Below are positions 24,860-37,649 of a stretch of 64,000 nucleotides of DNA, piece by piece. The DNA comes from Ginglymostoma cirratum (lineage: Eukaryota). Location: NCBI GenBank assembly GCA_024137785.1, contig JAHRHZ010000009.1, forward strand, positions 40,490,257 through 40,554,256. The letters are read 5' to 3'. The notes below the pieces were generated by a model, which searched no databases, was not told the DNA's origin, and saw only the letters and a program-made list of their open reading frames with translations. Every line of letters begins with the position of its first letter. Positions within the stretch are counted from its first letter, which is position 1. The position numbers were made by a program, and so were the translations under genes.

Positions 24860-26360
24860 CATCATCAGCCTTCTCTTCAACATAACAGCCCTTGTGAACT
24901 GTGACCTCATCTCTAACCTCCATTTCCTATCCAAAGCCCTTGAGTGTATTGCCACTGTCCTAATCCATGGCCACCTTTTCCAGAGCTCCATGTTTGAATC
25001 CCTTTAACAACATTCCACATCCCATCATTGTACTGAAACTGTCCTTACGAAATTCAGAAATGAGAACCTGTGGACAGTATTTAATGAACTCTCCGCAAAC
25101 CCCCAACCCCACTCCCACCCCCACCACTGCATTCCTCTATGCATGGGAGCAGGCCAAGAGGTGATGATGTGCTTAGTCAGATAAAAAGGCACAGGTTGCA
25201 TGTTGCCTTCCTGACTCCCTCAGTTCAGTCGACAGTGTCAAGCAGCATGGTCAAACCAAGAAGTATTTCCTATGTGGCCTATCAACAGGACATGAAACTT
25301 GTTGAGGGGAAAGGAAAATAGCCTTTCCGTTGGATGACCAACTTAAGTCAGGACTCTCCATGCTTACTCCTTATCACAGATTTCCTGCAGTACTAATAGT
25401 GAGCACTTCTCCTGGTGGTCAGCTGATCTGAAGAACTCCTGATATCTGAATGTTTAGGAGCCCTTGAAGGCAGGGTCATCATTTTGAAAGTGCTAGGCAT
25501 CCAGATGGTGGGCAGGCAAGTGTCTGGTTAGTAATTACACCTCATTCAGGCTCTCAGAAGTTGCTGCAGTGGCATTGCAGCCAGCTTTGAAGCTACTGGA
25601 AGGGACCAACACTGCGACCATTAAATACAGCCCTACTTGACTATGACGCTTCCTCAGCGTTTTCAATGAGGCTGCAGCCTCGATATGTTGGACCACACCA
25701 GGCCTCTCTAATTATTAATACTGCTGTGCTGTTGGTTGCACCTGTTTTCACTCTTACCTACTGAATCATAGTCAGAACAACACTTGCAATGGTTTCTCTT
25801 TCTAATCCCATACCATCACCACTAGTGACCACCGAGGAACTACATTGCTCCCTTCTATTCCTCATCTACATGAATCCCCAAAAAAGCACTAATAATACTG
25901 TTATTTTTAATCTCGTCGCTACCATGTATAATTCCTTCTCTGTTGCCAAATTTGCAGAAATTTGCTGCCATTAACTACTGTCAAGAATCCTTAGGCTGAA
26001 TCCCATTCTCTAACAATTGTCTCTAAGGTAGCTACCAACTATGAGAAAATTAGAAGTTAAATAATTGAAACAGTCTCTTCCTGACTGGCTCTTGTTGGTC
26101 ACATTACACACTAACAATACTAGTAATCTCAATTACATCTCTTCTTTCAACACATCCATTTCACATTCCTTATGCTTCCTCTATTCTTGGCTATTAATCT
26201 ATCCTCTTTATGACAACACAAAGATAAAAGCACCAGATATTATGAATTAATTAACCAACTTTTCGCATCTCTTAATACCTTTGCTTGTTGTCATACCTCT
26301 GTGAAGTATTTCCCACCGTTGAGGCATACATTGTGGAATGTTTTATAAAATGCTTCATGT
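24860..26360 (+). mobile_element. Ancient L2-type LINE remnant
   Basis: ISNLHFLSKALE..SMFESL (NYRPISNLPFLSK-like), AAFD..DH-like block near 25670, L2-like tail near 26300-26360. Confidence 0.6.
25072..25633. mobile_element. Non-autonomous TIR element, probably Harbinger-derived, inserted in the L2
   Basis: 15-bp TIRs GGACAGTATTTAATG / CATTAAATACAGCCC (13/15 match); L2 sequence resumes on both sides. Confidence 0.55.
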
Positions 26361-26709
26361 TGGAAAGGGTGAAAGGGTTAATGCCCATGTTACATTGTCT
26401 CCGCTCATTCTGCTAATCTCACTCAGTCTGTGGTTAAATTGAAGGAGTTTCATTCTAGCTTTTGGAGGGGCAGGATATATCAGTACAATCTCCCTAACAC
26501 CCTGGTAATTATATCTGACCAAATATATTTGTATTAATTGCTAGACACAATAAACCTTCATGTTAACCAAGATCAGTACTCTTCGTGTCGATACTCCACA
26601 GTAATGAATGTTCCATTGATAATCATGAGATAGACTCAAGGCAAAACAAAGATAAAGACAAAGGAGGATCGATAAAAATGAACTACCTCATATAGACTTT
26701 ATCCAGTAC

Positions 26710-28500
26710 CATAGAAACATAGAAACATAGAAGCATAAAAGATAGGAGCAGGAGGAGGCCATTTGACCCATTGAGTGTGGTCTGCCATTCTTCACGATCG
26801 TGTCTGATCATCCAACTCAATAGTCTACTCCTGCATTCTCCCCATTACCTTTGATCCCACTCACCCAAAGTGCCAAATCCAGTTACCTCTTGAATACATT
26901 AAATGTTTTGACATCAACTAAATTCCACAGGCTCACCACTCTTTGGGTAAAGAAATATCTCCTCATCTCCATCCTAAATCGTCTACCCTGAATCTTCATA
27001 TTGTGACCCCTGGTTCTGGACACACCCCCATCGGGAACATCCTCCCTGCATCTACCCTGTTCAGTCCTATCAGAATTTTATAAGTCTCCATGAGATTCTG
27101 TGCGCACCCCCCCACTTTGTCTGAACTCCAGCAAAAACAATCCCAACCTAGTCCATCTTTCTTCATATGTCAGACCCACCATCCCCAGAATCAACCTGGT
27201 AAGCATTTGTTGCACTTCCTCGAGAGCAAGTGCATCCTTCCTTTGAAAAGGAGACGGAAACTGCACACAATACTCCAGGTGTGGCCTCACCAAGGCCCTG
27301 TGCAACAATACATCCCTGCTCCTGTACTCGAGAACTTTTGCAATGAAGGCTAACATACCATTTGTCTTCTTTCCGACCTGCTGCACCTGCATACTTACCT
27401 TCAGTGATTGGTGCACAAGGACGACCAGGTCCCACTGCACACTTCCCTCTCCCAATTTACAGCCATTCAGGTGGTAATCTTCCTTTTTGTTTTTGCTTCG
27501 GAAGTGAATAACCTCATATTCATCCAAACTATACTGCATCTGCCACTGATTTGTCCACTCACTCAACCTGTCAAGGTCATGCTGAAGGATCTCTGCATCC
27601 TCATCACAGTTCACCATCCCATCCAGCTTGGTGTCATCTGCAAACTTGGAGATGTTACATTTTGTTCCCTCATCCAAATCATTAATATCTATTGTGAATA
27701 GCTGGGGTACCAGCACCAATCCCTGTGAGACCCTCGATTTACTGCCTGCCAATCCAAAAAGAACCCATTAATTGCCACTCTTTGTTTCATTTCTGTCAAC
27801 CAGTTTCCTATCCATCTCAATATACTTCCTCCTATCCCATGCACTTTAATCTTGCACATTAATCTCTTACATGGGATTTTGTCTAACACTTTCTGAAAGT
27901 CCAAATGTACTACATTGGCTGGCTCCCACCTGTCAACTCTACTAGTTACATCTTCATAGAATTCCAACAGATTTATCATGCATGATTTCCATTTCCTTTA
28001 TTCATTCATGGGATGAGGGCATCTCTGGCTAGGCAGCATTCATTGCCCATCCCTAACTGCCTAGAGGGTAGTTAAGGATAAGCCAAATTGCTATGGACCT
28101 GGAGTCACATGTAGGCCAGACCATGTAAGGATGTCAGTTTCCTTCCTAAAGGACACTAGTGAGCCAGGTGTGCTTTTCCGACAATCGACAATGGATTCAC
28201 AGTCATCATTGAATTTTTAATTCCAGATATTTATTGAATTCAAATTCCACCATCTGCTTTGGGAATTTGTACTGGGTCCCCGGAATGTTGTCTGGTCTCT
28301 GGATTAACAGCCCAGCGATAATACCACTAGGCCATCGCCTCCCCAGTAAATCCGTGCTGACTCTGTCTGCTCCTGCCACTGCTTTCTAAATGCTCTGCTT
28401 TAAAATCCTTGACAATGCATGCGGGAATTTTCCCCACTACCAATGTTAGGCTCACTGATCTATAATTCCCTGTTTTCTCTCTGCCTCCCTTTTTGAATAT
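26710..28500 (-). mobile_element. CR1 LINE RT and 3' end, interrupted by a SINE
   Basis: Minus ORFs with GNYRSVSLT, LDFQK..DK, SKFADDTKL, LVRPHLEYCVQF; (CATAGAAA)n tail at 26710. Confidence 0.93.
27997..28344 (-). mobile_element. tRNA-like SINE sharing its 3' tail with the LINE at 37650-40633
   Basis: Homologous to 30192-30522, 34839-35207 and 49265-49582; tail TAGGGATGGGCAAT.AATGCTG. Confidence 0.8.
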
Positions 28501-28529
28501 TGGCCAAGGTGGTAAAGACCACAAGGTAC

Positions 28530-28925
28530 CAGCAATTGTCATTTGTGAAAATACCAGACTTAGAGCTAATGAAGTATTTTTACTAGGCATAGCCATTTTT
28601 TCAACACAGGGCACATAGCAGCTAATTTTCACACTGCAAACTCCTTCAAGCAGCACTGTGATAATAATCATATAATCTGCAAGATTTTTGTAACATCAAT
28701 TTTGAGATAAATATTGCCCTAGACAGTGGAAATAATTCACCTGGTCTTCTCCGAATCTTTTACATTCACCCAGTCAAGCACATGAGGTGATACCTTTCCT
28801 ATATTGCAGTGCTCCTTCATTACTACGCTGGAGTTTCAGCCTTGATTTTTGAGTTTAACTTCCAGAGTGGGACTTGAACTCACTAAAATGTAATTAAGCA
28901 ATGAATATATCACTTACTGAGTCAC
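28530..28925 (-). mobile_element. Deu-domain-like SINE (AmnSINE1/SacSINE1-like), old
   Basis: GCAGTGCTCCTTCATTACT..CTGGAGTTTCAGCCTTGATT..GAGTGGGACTTGAAC blocks; similar to 51080-51450. Confidence 0.6.
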
Positions 28926-29038
28926 AAATAGCACTGAATAAATAGTAATAGGAATGTCAGATTGGAGCAAGACTATTAAGCAATGAATGGGTCAAGATGG
29001 TGAATTGACTGACAGAGAAACAGTCATGTTGAGTATCT

Positions 29039-29573
29039 GAGATAACAAGGTGTAGAGCTGGATGAACACAGCAGGCCAAGCAGCATCAGNNNNNNNNNNN
29101 NNNNNNNNNNNNNNNNNNNNNNNNNNNNNNNNNNNNNNNNNNNNNNNNNNNNNNNNNNNNNNNNNNNNNNNNNNNNNNNNNNNNNNNNNNNNNNNNNNNN
29201 NNNNNNNNNNNNNNNNNNNNNNNNNNNNNNNNNNNNNNNNNNNNNNNNNNNNNNNNNNNNNNNNNNNNNNNNNNNNNNNNNNNNNNNNNNNNNNNNNNNN
29301 NNNNNNNNNNNNNNNNNNNNNNNNNNNNNNNNNNNNNNNNNNNNNNNNNNNNNNNNNNNNNNNNNNNNNNNNNNNNNNNNNNNNNNNNNNNNNNNNNNNN
29401 NNNNNNNNNNNNNNNNNNNNNNNNNNNNNNNNNNNNNNNNNNNNNNNNNNNNNNNNNNNNNNNNNNNNNNNNNNNNNNNNNNNNNNNNNCTGATGCTGCT
29501 TGGCCTGCTGTGTTCATCCAGCTCTACACCTTGTTATCTCAGTCTTCAGCATCTTCAGTTCCTACTATCTCTC
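29039..29573 (+). mobile_element. PLE terminal-repeat fold-back insertion (hairpin 3), centre lost in a gap
   Basis: Perfect inverted arms 29037-29089 and 29490-29542; probable TSD CATGTTGAGTATCT / CATTTTAAGTATCT (12/14). Confidence 0.85.
29090..29489. other. Assembly gap (400 N)
   Basis: Run of exactly 400 N. Confidence 1.
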
Positions 29574-29798
29574 AAACATTTTAAGTATCTACTTTGGTCA
29601 GTGATATCCTGTGACTTTTTTTTTGCCAGAGGACTTTCCAAATCATTGCATTATACGTATTAACACTTTATAGTTAAGGAAATTCAAGCATATATGAGTT
29701 ACATGTCTATTTCTAGTGCTCTGAATTTCCATTTTGCTGTAGGCTCTTTACCATGGCTACATGAAGCTAGCAAACACATTTCTCAATGAAAGAGTGAG

Positions 29799-31560
29799 GG
29801 GCTGAATTTTACATTGGAAAAGTGAGACTGCCACAGTCCACAACTGTTTAAATTACAATGTCATGATGCCAGCTCACAAACACTGAGTCATCATAATGTG
29901 GTAAGTTGGCAGGCAGGCAGGTCCAGAAATTGGCAGGTCACTCGTCCTTTTTAAATATCTTACCTGTAGACTTTTAAACTCATTTGGAAACAAATTGTTT
30001 GCATTAAATCATTGTGCTCACCATGATGCAGTGGGTGGATGGAATCCAAGGTATGTGCAAGCTAGGGTTTTTTAAAAACATTTCAAAAGGCAGATGTAAA
30101 AGTGGCAAGTGGGACAATGGTTGACTTAAGCAGAAGAAACTGTTGCTGAAGCTGGGAGATTTTGCACAAATTTTGTCTTACATTGCATACTGGGGAGGTG
30201 ATGGTCTTGTGGTATTATTGGTACACTATTACTATTCTGGGGACCTGGGTTTGAAACCACCATTGAAAAATTTGAATTCAGTAAAAGTCTGGAATTAAGA
30301 GTCAAGTGGTGATCATGAAACCATTGTCAATGGTAAGGAAAAACCTATTTGGTTCATTAAACCCTTTTATAGAAAGAAAGTACCATCCTTACCTGGTCTG
30401 ACTTACATGAGACCCCAGACCCAAAGCAATGTGGTTGACTCCCTACTGCCCACAAGGCAATTAAGGATGTACAATGAATACTAGCCGAGCCAGTGATTCT
30501 TACCTCCTGTAAATGAATAATAATGAAAAGGTAAATCGGGGAGCTGCCTCAGAAAAAAGGGCACAAAAAAGTAGGATTCTCCTCAATATTGAGCACTGCA
30601 CAACAGGTGCCATATGTCTCTATCATCTGTGGGAACTGTCTATTCTCTTAGAGGCACATCCTTCAGTGACAATGAGAGGAAGACAAGAAGGAGAAGGTGG
30701 AGGTTAGTTGACCATAAATTTATGCTGTCAGAGGTGCAGGAAGGTGTGAGGCTTCAGAAGGAGACATCAGAAAGCAGGCAAACAGCACAGGCATTTGTAG
30801 ACAGGCTCAGGATAACCCATCTGAAGATGCTAGAATGATGGTGCCTATCTGCAACTGTAGATGGAGACAGACACATCTCTGTGACACAAGCTTTCCAGTG
30901 AAATAGCCTTGAACTGAATGGGTGACCACACGATCCCTAAAGCCTTCAAAGTGTTTGTGTCTTTAAAAATCTTCAGTTCCAGCTCATTCTGGCCAACACA
31001 AGGAGACTGTAGTGACATCACCCAGCCAATCGTCTATTATTAATGATTTTCATTAACACTTTCACTCATGTCATGTTTAAGTATACTTGCCATTAAATCT
31101 CTTTTACATCAGTCAACACTCATCAATGGGAACGAGCCAGAGGATTTGCAGCCATGACCAAATTCCCACTGGTACAATTGATTGCACCTACATAGCCATA
31201 AAGGTACCAGCGGCATTTATAAACATAAAAAAGTTCCACTTAATTAATGTTCACGTTGCGTGCAATCACAATCAAAGAGTAATGCGCGTGTCTGTGTGTT
31301 AACTGGGAAATTGCCATTGCATACATCCTTAGATGCTGTCAGCCAGCAAGGACATTCACCAGGCCAAAACCTTGGGATGGCTGGAGATCCAATGACAAAT
31401 GACAGCTTTTAAAAAGGTGGTTAATTACCTCAGTAAGGAATCCACAAATCCCGAGTGGGTATTGTGATAGTCACACATCAATCAAGATCATCATCTTCCA
31501 TTCAAATGCAATGTAAATATCAGGACAGATCAGATGTCTCACTTCAATATGCATCAGTCA
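29799..31560 (+). mobile_element. PIF/Harbinger DNA transposon remnant (DDE transposase pseudogene)
   Basis: GTIDCTYIAIKVP..FINIKKFHLINVHVACNH matches Harbinger GAIDCTHI..NRKGFHS.NVQ..CD; candidate TIR GGGCTGAATTTT at 29799. Confidence 0.75.
30192..30522 (+). mobile_element. tRNA-like SINE (same family as 34839-35207)
   Basis: GGGGAGGTGATGG..GTGGTATT head, GGTTTGAA B-box-like motif, CCTTACCTGGTCTG body. Confidence 0.8.
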
Positions 31561-31579
31561 GATTTTCTCTTAACATTGT

Positions 31580-32220
31580 ATCCAATCTGGAAGCATTGGC
31601 TCTGGATGCCTAAGGATGTGAATCTTTGATGACTGTGACATCTGTGCTGATACCAAGATCAGCGTGTGTAAGGCAGTCATCCCTCTTACTCCTCTAAATG
31701 GCTCCAAAACTTGGACTACACATAGACAACATTTCAAGGCCCTTAAGATGTACCATCGACACTGTTTAAGAAGGATTCTATGCATCAACTATAAGGACAG
31801 GTGTATCAACATCAGCGCCCTTGAAGCAGTCAATGGTACCAACTTCAAGACCAAGATCATCAAAAACCAACTCTGCTAACACATCCACATGCTTAGGATC
31901 CCTTGCTTCTGACTGTCAAGGCAAATCTTCATCCCCCAGCTCAAAGAAGGTGCTCAAATGAGGGGAAGTCAAAGATTTCCTGAAGACTTCCCTCAGGAAA
32001 TGCAATATAGATGGTAACACATGGGAGATGCATGTTCAGAAGAAACCAACTTGTAGGAATTTCCAGTATGCAGGAACACAATTCTTTGAGAACACCTGTC
32101 ATCAGGAGGAGGTATAGAAAAGGAACCAGAGAAAGAAATGGTAATGACTTCAAGGCTAAAGACCAATTCATGCCAAAGCTACCAGCTGCAAGTTTCCATC
32201 CAAGGTGTACATTGTTCGGC
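31580..32220 (+). mobile_element. RTE-clade LINE fragment
   Basis: TKISVCKAVI...NGSKTWTTHRQHFKALKMYHRHCLRRIL resembles RTE TKISVYRAVV..LLYGSETWT...FHQRCLRRIL. Confidence 0.8.
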
Positions 32221-34059
32221 ATCACTGTCCCTTCATCATCTTTGGAACACCCTCTCTCATGGCATCATATCTACACCCCACAATGGACTGCAGTAGCTCA
32301 AGAATGCAGCTCACCCACACCTTATAGTTATAGAGTCATATGGCACAGAAGACCTTCAGTCCTTCGAGTCTGCACCAACCCACCTATACATAATCAAGGG
32401 CAATTAGGGATTAGCAATAAATTCTGGTCCACCCAGCACTATCCTAAATAAAAACAAAACTCCTTAGGCCATTATTACCAGTCCCATAAACCAAAATTTC
32501 AAGAAAAAAACATCGACAGATAAAGATTCTGAAATTGACCTTTGTTATTTCAGGACTTTATTTTATACAATCACTGCACAGTAACATGGTTCCATTAAAA
32601 TAAAATATTTATCTAGTCATAGCAGATGTATTGAAATGACTGAATCCCTTTTTCTGAAATTTGTCCAAAGGAATGCATTACCGGAAAGACTTTTACCAGA
32701 AAATTACTTATTATCAACCTTTAACATCATGTATCACCATTTTCCAAAAGTAAACTAATCAAAGATTTTGTGCATTATGTCAAACTATTTGAAGTATTAA
32801 TAGCACAGTTAAATTAAATTTTAAACACAGGCTTCAGAATTAAAATAGTAATATTCTTCAGCACATTTAACAAACCTTTGATAACTTTTACAAGATTAAA
32901 TTGATTCTATTTATATAAACATCCCGATTTATTCAATGTCCTCTATAATGTGCCACTGGCTGTCATGAAATCAAGTTTTGCAACGTAATAATACACTTTT
33001 TTTTCAGTAATCAGGTGTCATCACAAAGAAACCCAAATGTAAATCACGTTCTAATTATATTTGATCTTGGAAAATGTAACCCGATCCTGGAAATCTCTTG
33101 TCTTACATGCAATCTTTACTCTGAGTCAATCAGATCAGACATGTTGCACGTGGAAAGGTGGAAAATAAGAAAGATACCCGAGGCTGAGTTAGCTGGTAGA
33201 TTGATTAGTAGTTTAAGGCTCATGCTAAAAGTTTAGAGGCATATTTTCAAATGTAAAGCCACCAAATTGCTGCTTAGCTATTTTAAGTAATGGACAATCT
33301 GCTATTCCAACTGTGGGTTTCAGAAGATTTGTCCATTACAATTTCTCAAAAGGAAGAAAGACAACTTGAGCCATAAGACTCCAAAAGTGTCACAACTGAC
33401 AACAAAATTATGCTAAAAAATCTGAAGCCTATGCAACATGCACATGTCAGGAGAAAATACCAATTTATTTGCTCAGTGACCTTTTTTTAGAAAAGAATCT
33501 TCCTCCAATCAGTTATTTTTTGATGAAATTACCATATATGCTTGCATTTACACCAAGAGATATGTGGCAGCCTTTGCATGTCAAAGGCACACTGGCCATT
33601 TACATATAGGGAAAAGTGCATTGCCAGAGTCATCATGCAATAATTAAAATGAAAGTATTAAAAATTTGATGTTCCAGGGACCATGTTGTTTATTTTTACA
33701 AACCTTTGGCATTTAGGAAATATAAGTGTGTTGCTGTTTCAACTGAGTCATTAGTTATTAATTCAAACTCCATGTCTCGTAACATCTTGGGGCATTCTGT
33801 ATTTGGAGTGAGCAATCTGATCTGTTGTCAGAAGCTTGGGGTTTAGAGAAAGAGGTCAAAATCAGTTAGAAAATGCAACAGCTTGAAGAGTGCATCCCAC
33901 TGACAATGCCAACTCACCAAACTAATTCTGTTACATTGCACCCAAAATAGCCAAACCTGGTTCAAGTTCTTAATAAATTTTTGAATAAATTGTGCTTAAA
34001 GCTGTTACATTTTTTATTTGTTTTTGCACTAACAATACAGTGAATCCAACAGAAAGCAA

Positions 34060-34400
34060 TTTCTCCAGCATCTAGATATATAACCCTACCTGGGATTCAT
34101 CCTAAAAGCAATTTTCAATGAGGATTCCATATTCCACAGATAACATCCAAAATGAACAGGATTCTTAAATTTCTGAGGAGGAATGTAACAAGAGTGCCAG
34201 AGCTACAGTTTAACAAATGCACACCAATACTGGAGTATACAGGGATTTATTTTTGGGATATTTATGTACTGACAGATATAAATAAGATTGAAGTCAGCCA
34301 AAGACATGCTACATGATTTTGCATGAATCAGTTGACAAAGTTCACCAATGTCTTGATCAAAAACTTGCAATGGGAATTGCTAAAGTAAACTTCTTGCCCC
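34060..34400 (+). mobile_element. Very old Jockey/CR1-group LINE RT C-terminal remnant
   Basis: YLG..., NRILKFLRRN, PILEY, DINKIEVSQRHA resembles LGFLRRN..RPILEY..WDP..IEKVQRRA. Confidence 0.55.
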
Positions 34401-34838
34401 CTCCCAAGCACAATCCCACAAAGGAAAAGATGCTGCAGGAGATAGTCACAGGAACATCACTTGAAATTGTCAAGATTCTTCTCTAGTTTATTTCCATTTA
34501 AATGTTCTCACTATCAGGGCAGCTATGTCAGCAGATCATGCCCATTTTAGTCAGTGCTGCTTGCCTGTGCTGGTGGAACAGAGAGATTTGTCTGTAATTT
34601 CAACATAATTAAATTTGGAAGGAGCAGAAGCAAAGCTTGTTTCTAGTTCAATTTCTGGTGAACAAATTTGTCGTTTGCAAGGCTGTTATTGGCCTGAAAG
34701 CAGAACCTATAACTATATTCATAGATCCAAACCACACCTGGATGCTAACGATTCCAGACTGAGTGCAATAAAAGCCCCACCTTGTCAACCACTTGTTATA
34801 TAAAGACCAAAGCTCATTCAAAATCAACACTGCTAGTT

Positions 34839-35207
34839 GAGGAAGACGATCGCCTAGTGGTATTATTAATACCACTCTGGACTATTAATCCAGAGACCCA
34901 GATAATATTCTGGGTAGCCAGGTTTGAATCCTGTTATGGCAGATGGTGGAATTTGAATTCAATAGGGAAAATATCTGGGATTAGGAGACTAATGATGACC
35001 ATGAATCAAATGTCAGAAAAATCTCAGCTGGTTCACTAATGTCCTTCAGGGAAGGAAATCTACCATCCTTGCCTGGTCTGGTTTCCATGTGACTGTAGAC
35101 CCACAGCAACATGGTTGACTCTTAACTGTTGTTCTGGACATTTAGGGATGGGCAATAAAAGTTGGCATAGCCAGTAACACCCTCATCCCATGAATGGACA
35201 AAAAAAA
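34839..35207 (+). mobile_element. tRNA-like SINE, full length, with LINE-derived tail
   Basis: A/B-box-like head (CCTAGTGGT..GGTTTGAATCC), tail TAGGGATGGGCAATAAA..CATCCCATGAATG + A-run. Confidence 0.82.
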
Positions 35208-35585
35208 TGTTACTGAATTGACTTAGAAATATTGGCTGCTGAATGTGAGTTCTCATCTTCATACTTTCTCTTTTCTGTGTGATATGTCAATGTCCTATTA
35301 AAAGATAGCCCAAAAATATTTAATATTACTGAAATAGTCAAGCCATTAGACTCATTGAAATACTTCCTCAAAACCTCAGAGCCCTTTACAATTATGCTAA
35401 CTGCTCCCCTTATCTCAATGGTGCTTACATTCTTTCTACTGTAGCAGATCAAGATTTCAAAGGCTGCTCTCCACTGAAGTGAATTGATTCAGCCAATAAC
35501 TACATCTGCCCCATCTTCAGATATGAGGACAGGATGCTGGAGGCTCCTAACTTCACACCACTCTATGGAAGTGTATATTTCAGGA

Positions 35586-35665
35586 ATAAAGGCAAAATGC
35601 TGCAGATGCTGGATATCTGAAGAAAACACTGAGAATGGTGGAGAAACTCAACCGATCTGGCAGCA
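35586..35665 (-). mobile_element. Old PLE terminal-repeat fragment
   Basis: CTGCAGATGCTGGA.ATCTGA block shared with the hairpin arms; a similar single arm lies at about 52795-52880. Confidence 0.5.
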
Positions 35666-36299
35666 TGTCTATCTCCACTCTTTGCCAGAACATACAGACT
35701 ACAATCATTGGAAAACATGGCAGGTGAATATTTCAGGTTGCCACCTAATGGTTCAAGCAAGCACATCTTGAGAAGATTGATGTATTGCTTGGTGAAGGCT
35801 CTGGTAAGCATATTGCTGTCACTATAACAACTGTGGGATGCATTTTATAGTGTATGTACAAAGGTAACGAGGCATCATCTTAGGGGGCAGCCCCTATTCC
35901 CTAGAATTCATCCACAGGGGATAGAATGGGATAGGATGGATTAGAATTGGGCAGCTTGATTGAATAGATGGAAGTTTCCCAAAGATAATGTGCAAAGACA
36001 TGCAAGAATTTTTTGTGACTATTCCTTAAAAGAACTAAACTCCCTCAGCACTGACTTTCTGACATGCCTGGTTAGCTTCGCCTGAACCAGTACATCCACC
36101 ATCACGTTTAGTCTTTCCTGTTTCCTCCAGGATCAGGTTTAATAGACTTGTGCTCCTAACTGCTAGACACCTTGCAATGCCTTGATAACATTTATGTTTA
36201 ACAGTATAAATCCCGTTCGCTTCTTGTTGTGTAGGTGATGTTGCTAAGAGGTTTAGTTCAATGCCCTGAAACCCATGCAATGTCAGTTATATTCAAAGG

Positions 36300-36617
36300 C
36301 ACTAGTTGGAGAGACTAGGACCCAGGGCATAGTTTCAGAGTGAAAGGATGACCCTTTAGAATTGAGATGAAGAGGAATTTTGTCAGCAGTTAATCTGTGC
36401 TACTCATTGCCACAGGATTGTGGAGGCCAAGTCATTGAGCATATTTAAGACAGAGATAGAGAGGCTCTTGATTGATAATCAAGGGGATCAAGGGTTACGG
36501 GGTGAAGGCAGGAGAATAAGGTTGAAAAACATAGCAACCATCATCGAAAGGCAAAGCAGTTTCAATGGGCTGAATGGACTAATTCTACTCCTGCATCTTA
36601 TGATCTTATATGGTCTA
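36300..36617 (+). mobile_element. CR1 LINE 3' end
   Basis: GAGATGAAGAGGAATTT..CTGTG..CTCATTGCCACAG..TTTAAGACAGAGATAGA; TCTTAT repeat tail. Confidence 0.8.
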
Positions 36618-37649
36618 AGTCACTCAGATGCTAGTGATTTCACTTTTGCTTCTGCCTGTTTTCTTGATGAGCTCCTGTAACACTTCAGCATATGCAAAAT
36701 CACCATTCAGCAATGTCAAACAGTTCAAATAAATGTTTGTGCAATTTTCTTGCCCACTGACCCACCTTTGTTACTACTCATACCTCTACGAACTGGACCA
36801 AAGAGCTAACTGCTCTGGATTCTTGGCTACTTCTGCAAAACTAGCATTTGAATTTGGAGCTTACATTTTAGCCTCAATGCTGAAGAAATATTTAATATCC
36901 ATTGTTCTGGTTGCTGTCTACAGGTTTTCTTGCACTGTACAAGATGGTGGAGGGAGGAAACCAAAGCAAGATTTCTGGTCATGCCATGAAGAGGCCATCT
37001 TATTCATTATCCCACTTCTGCTCTGTCCCAGTTGGGTGGAAAATTCCAGCCTTAGCAATCATTCGATTGTGGTAACCAAGATCAAGTTGCAGAGCCCAGA
37101 CATGATCCAATATTATCTTCAAATGCATTATAAATGGATGATGGTTCCAGGTCATTGAGTACATTTAAGTAAATAAAACACTTGAATAATTTTTTAATTA
37201 AGGTATTTTGTTCAAATGATGGTAATTAAAAAGAAAACATCAACAGCTTTGAATGGTTGAAAGTTGTGAGACCTGGGAATTGGACACAATGTTTACTTCT
37301 AAATATTTTCTAACTGTGCTCAATTTTGTGCCAGGAGGCTAAAAACGAACAATGTTAGAGAGCTAAAATGTGGTTGAAGGGCATTTTGTAAACCATGTTT
37401 AATCACAGATGAATCATTATAGGTTGGTTATAACTGTCGCCATCATAGGGCATATTTTGCAACTTGAACTCAAAATTTGGGCAATGTGTGAAAAGGTGAC
37501 CAATTCATTTCCACCCATTGTCCCCACTACCTCACTCATCTTCATCAAAATAAAAACTCCATCAACTCCTGTGCAAGAACAATTTCCACCAACTCTTGGA
37601 GAGAAAGGTCCACTCTTTAACATTTCCTTCCCATCAGTCTACTGTCGAT

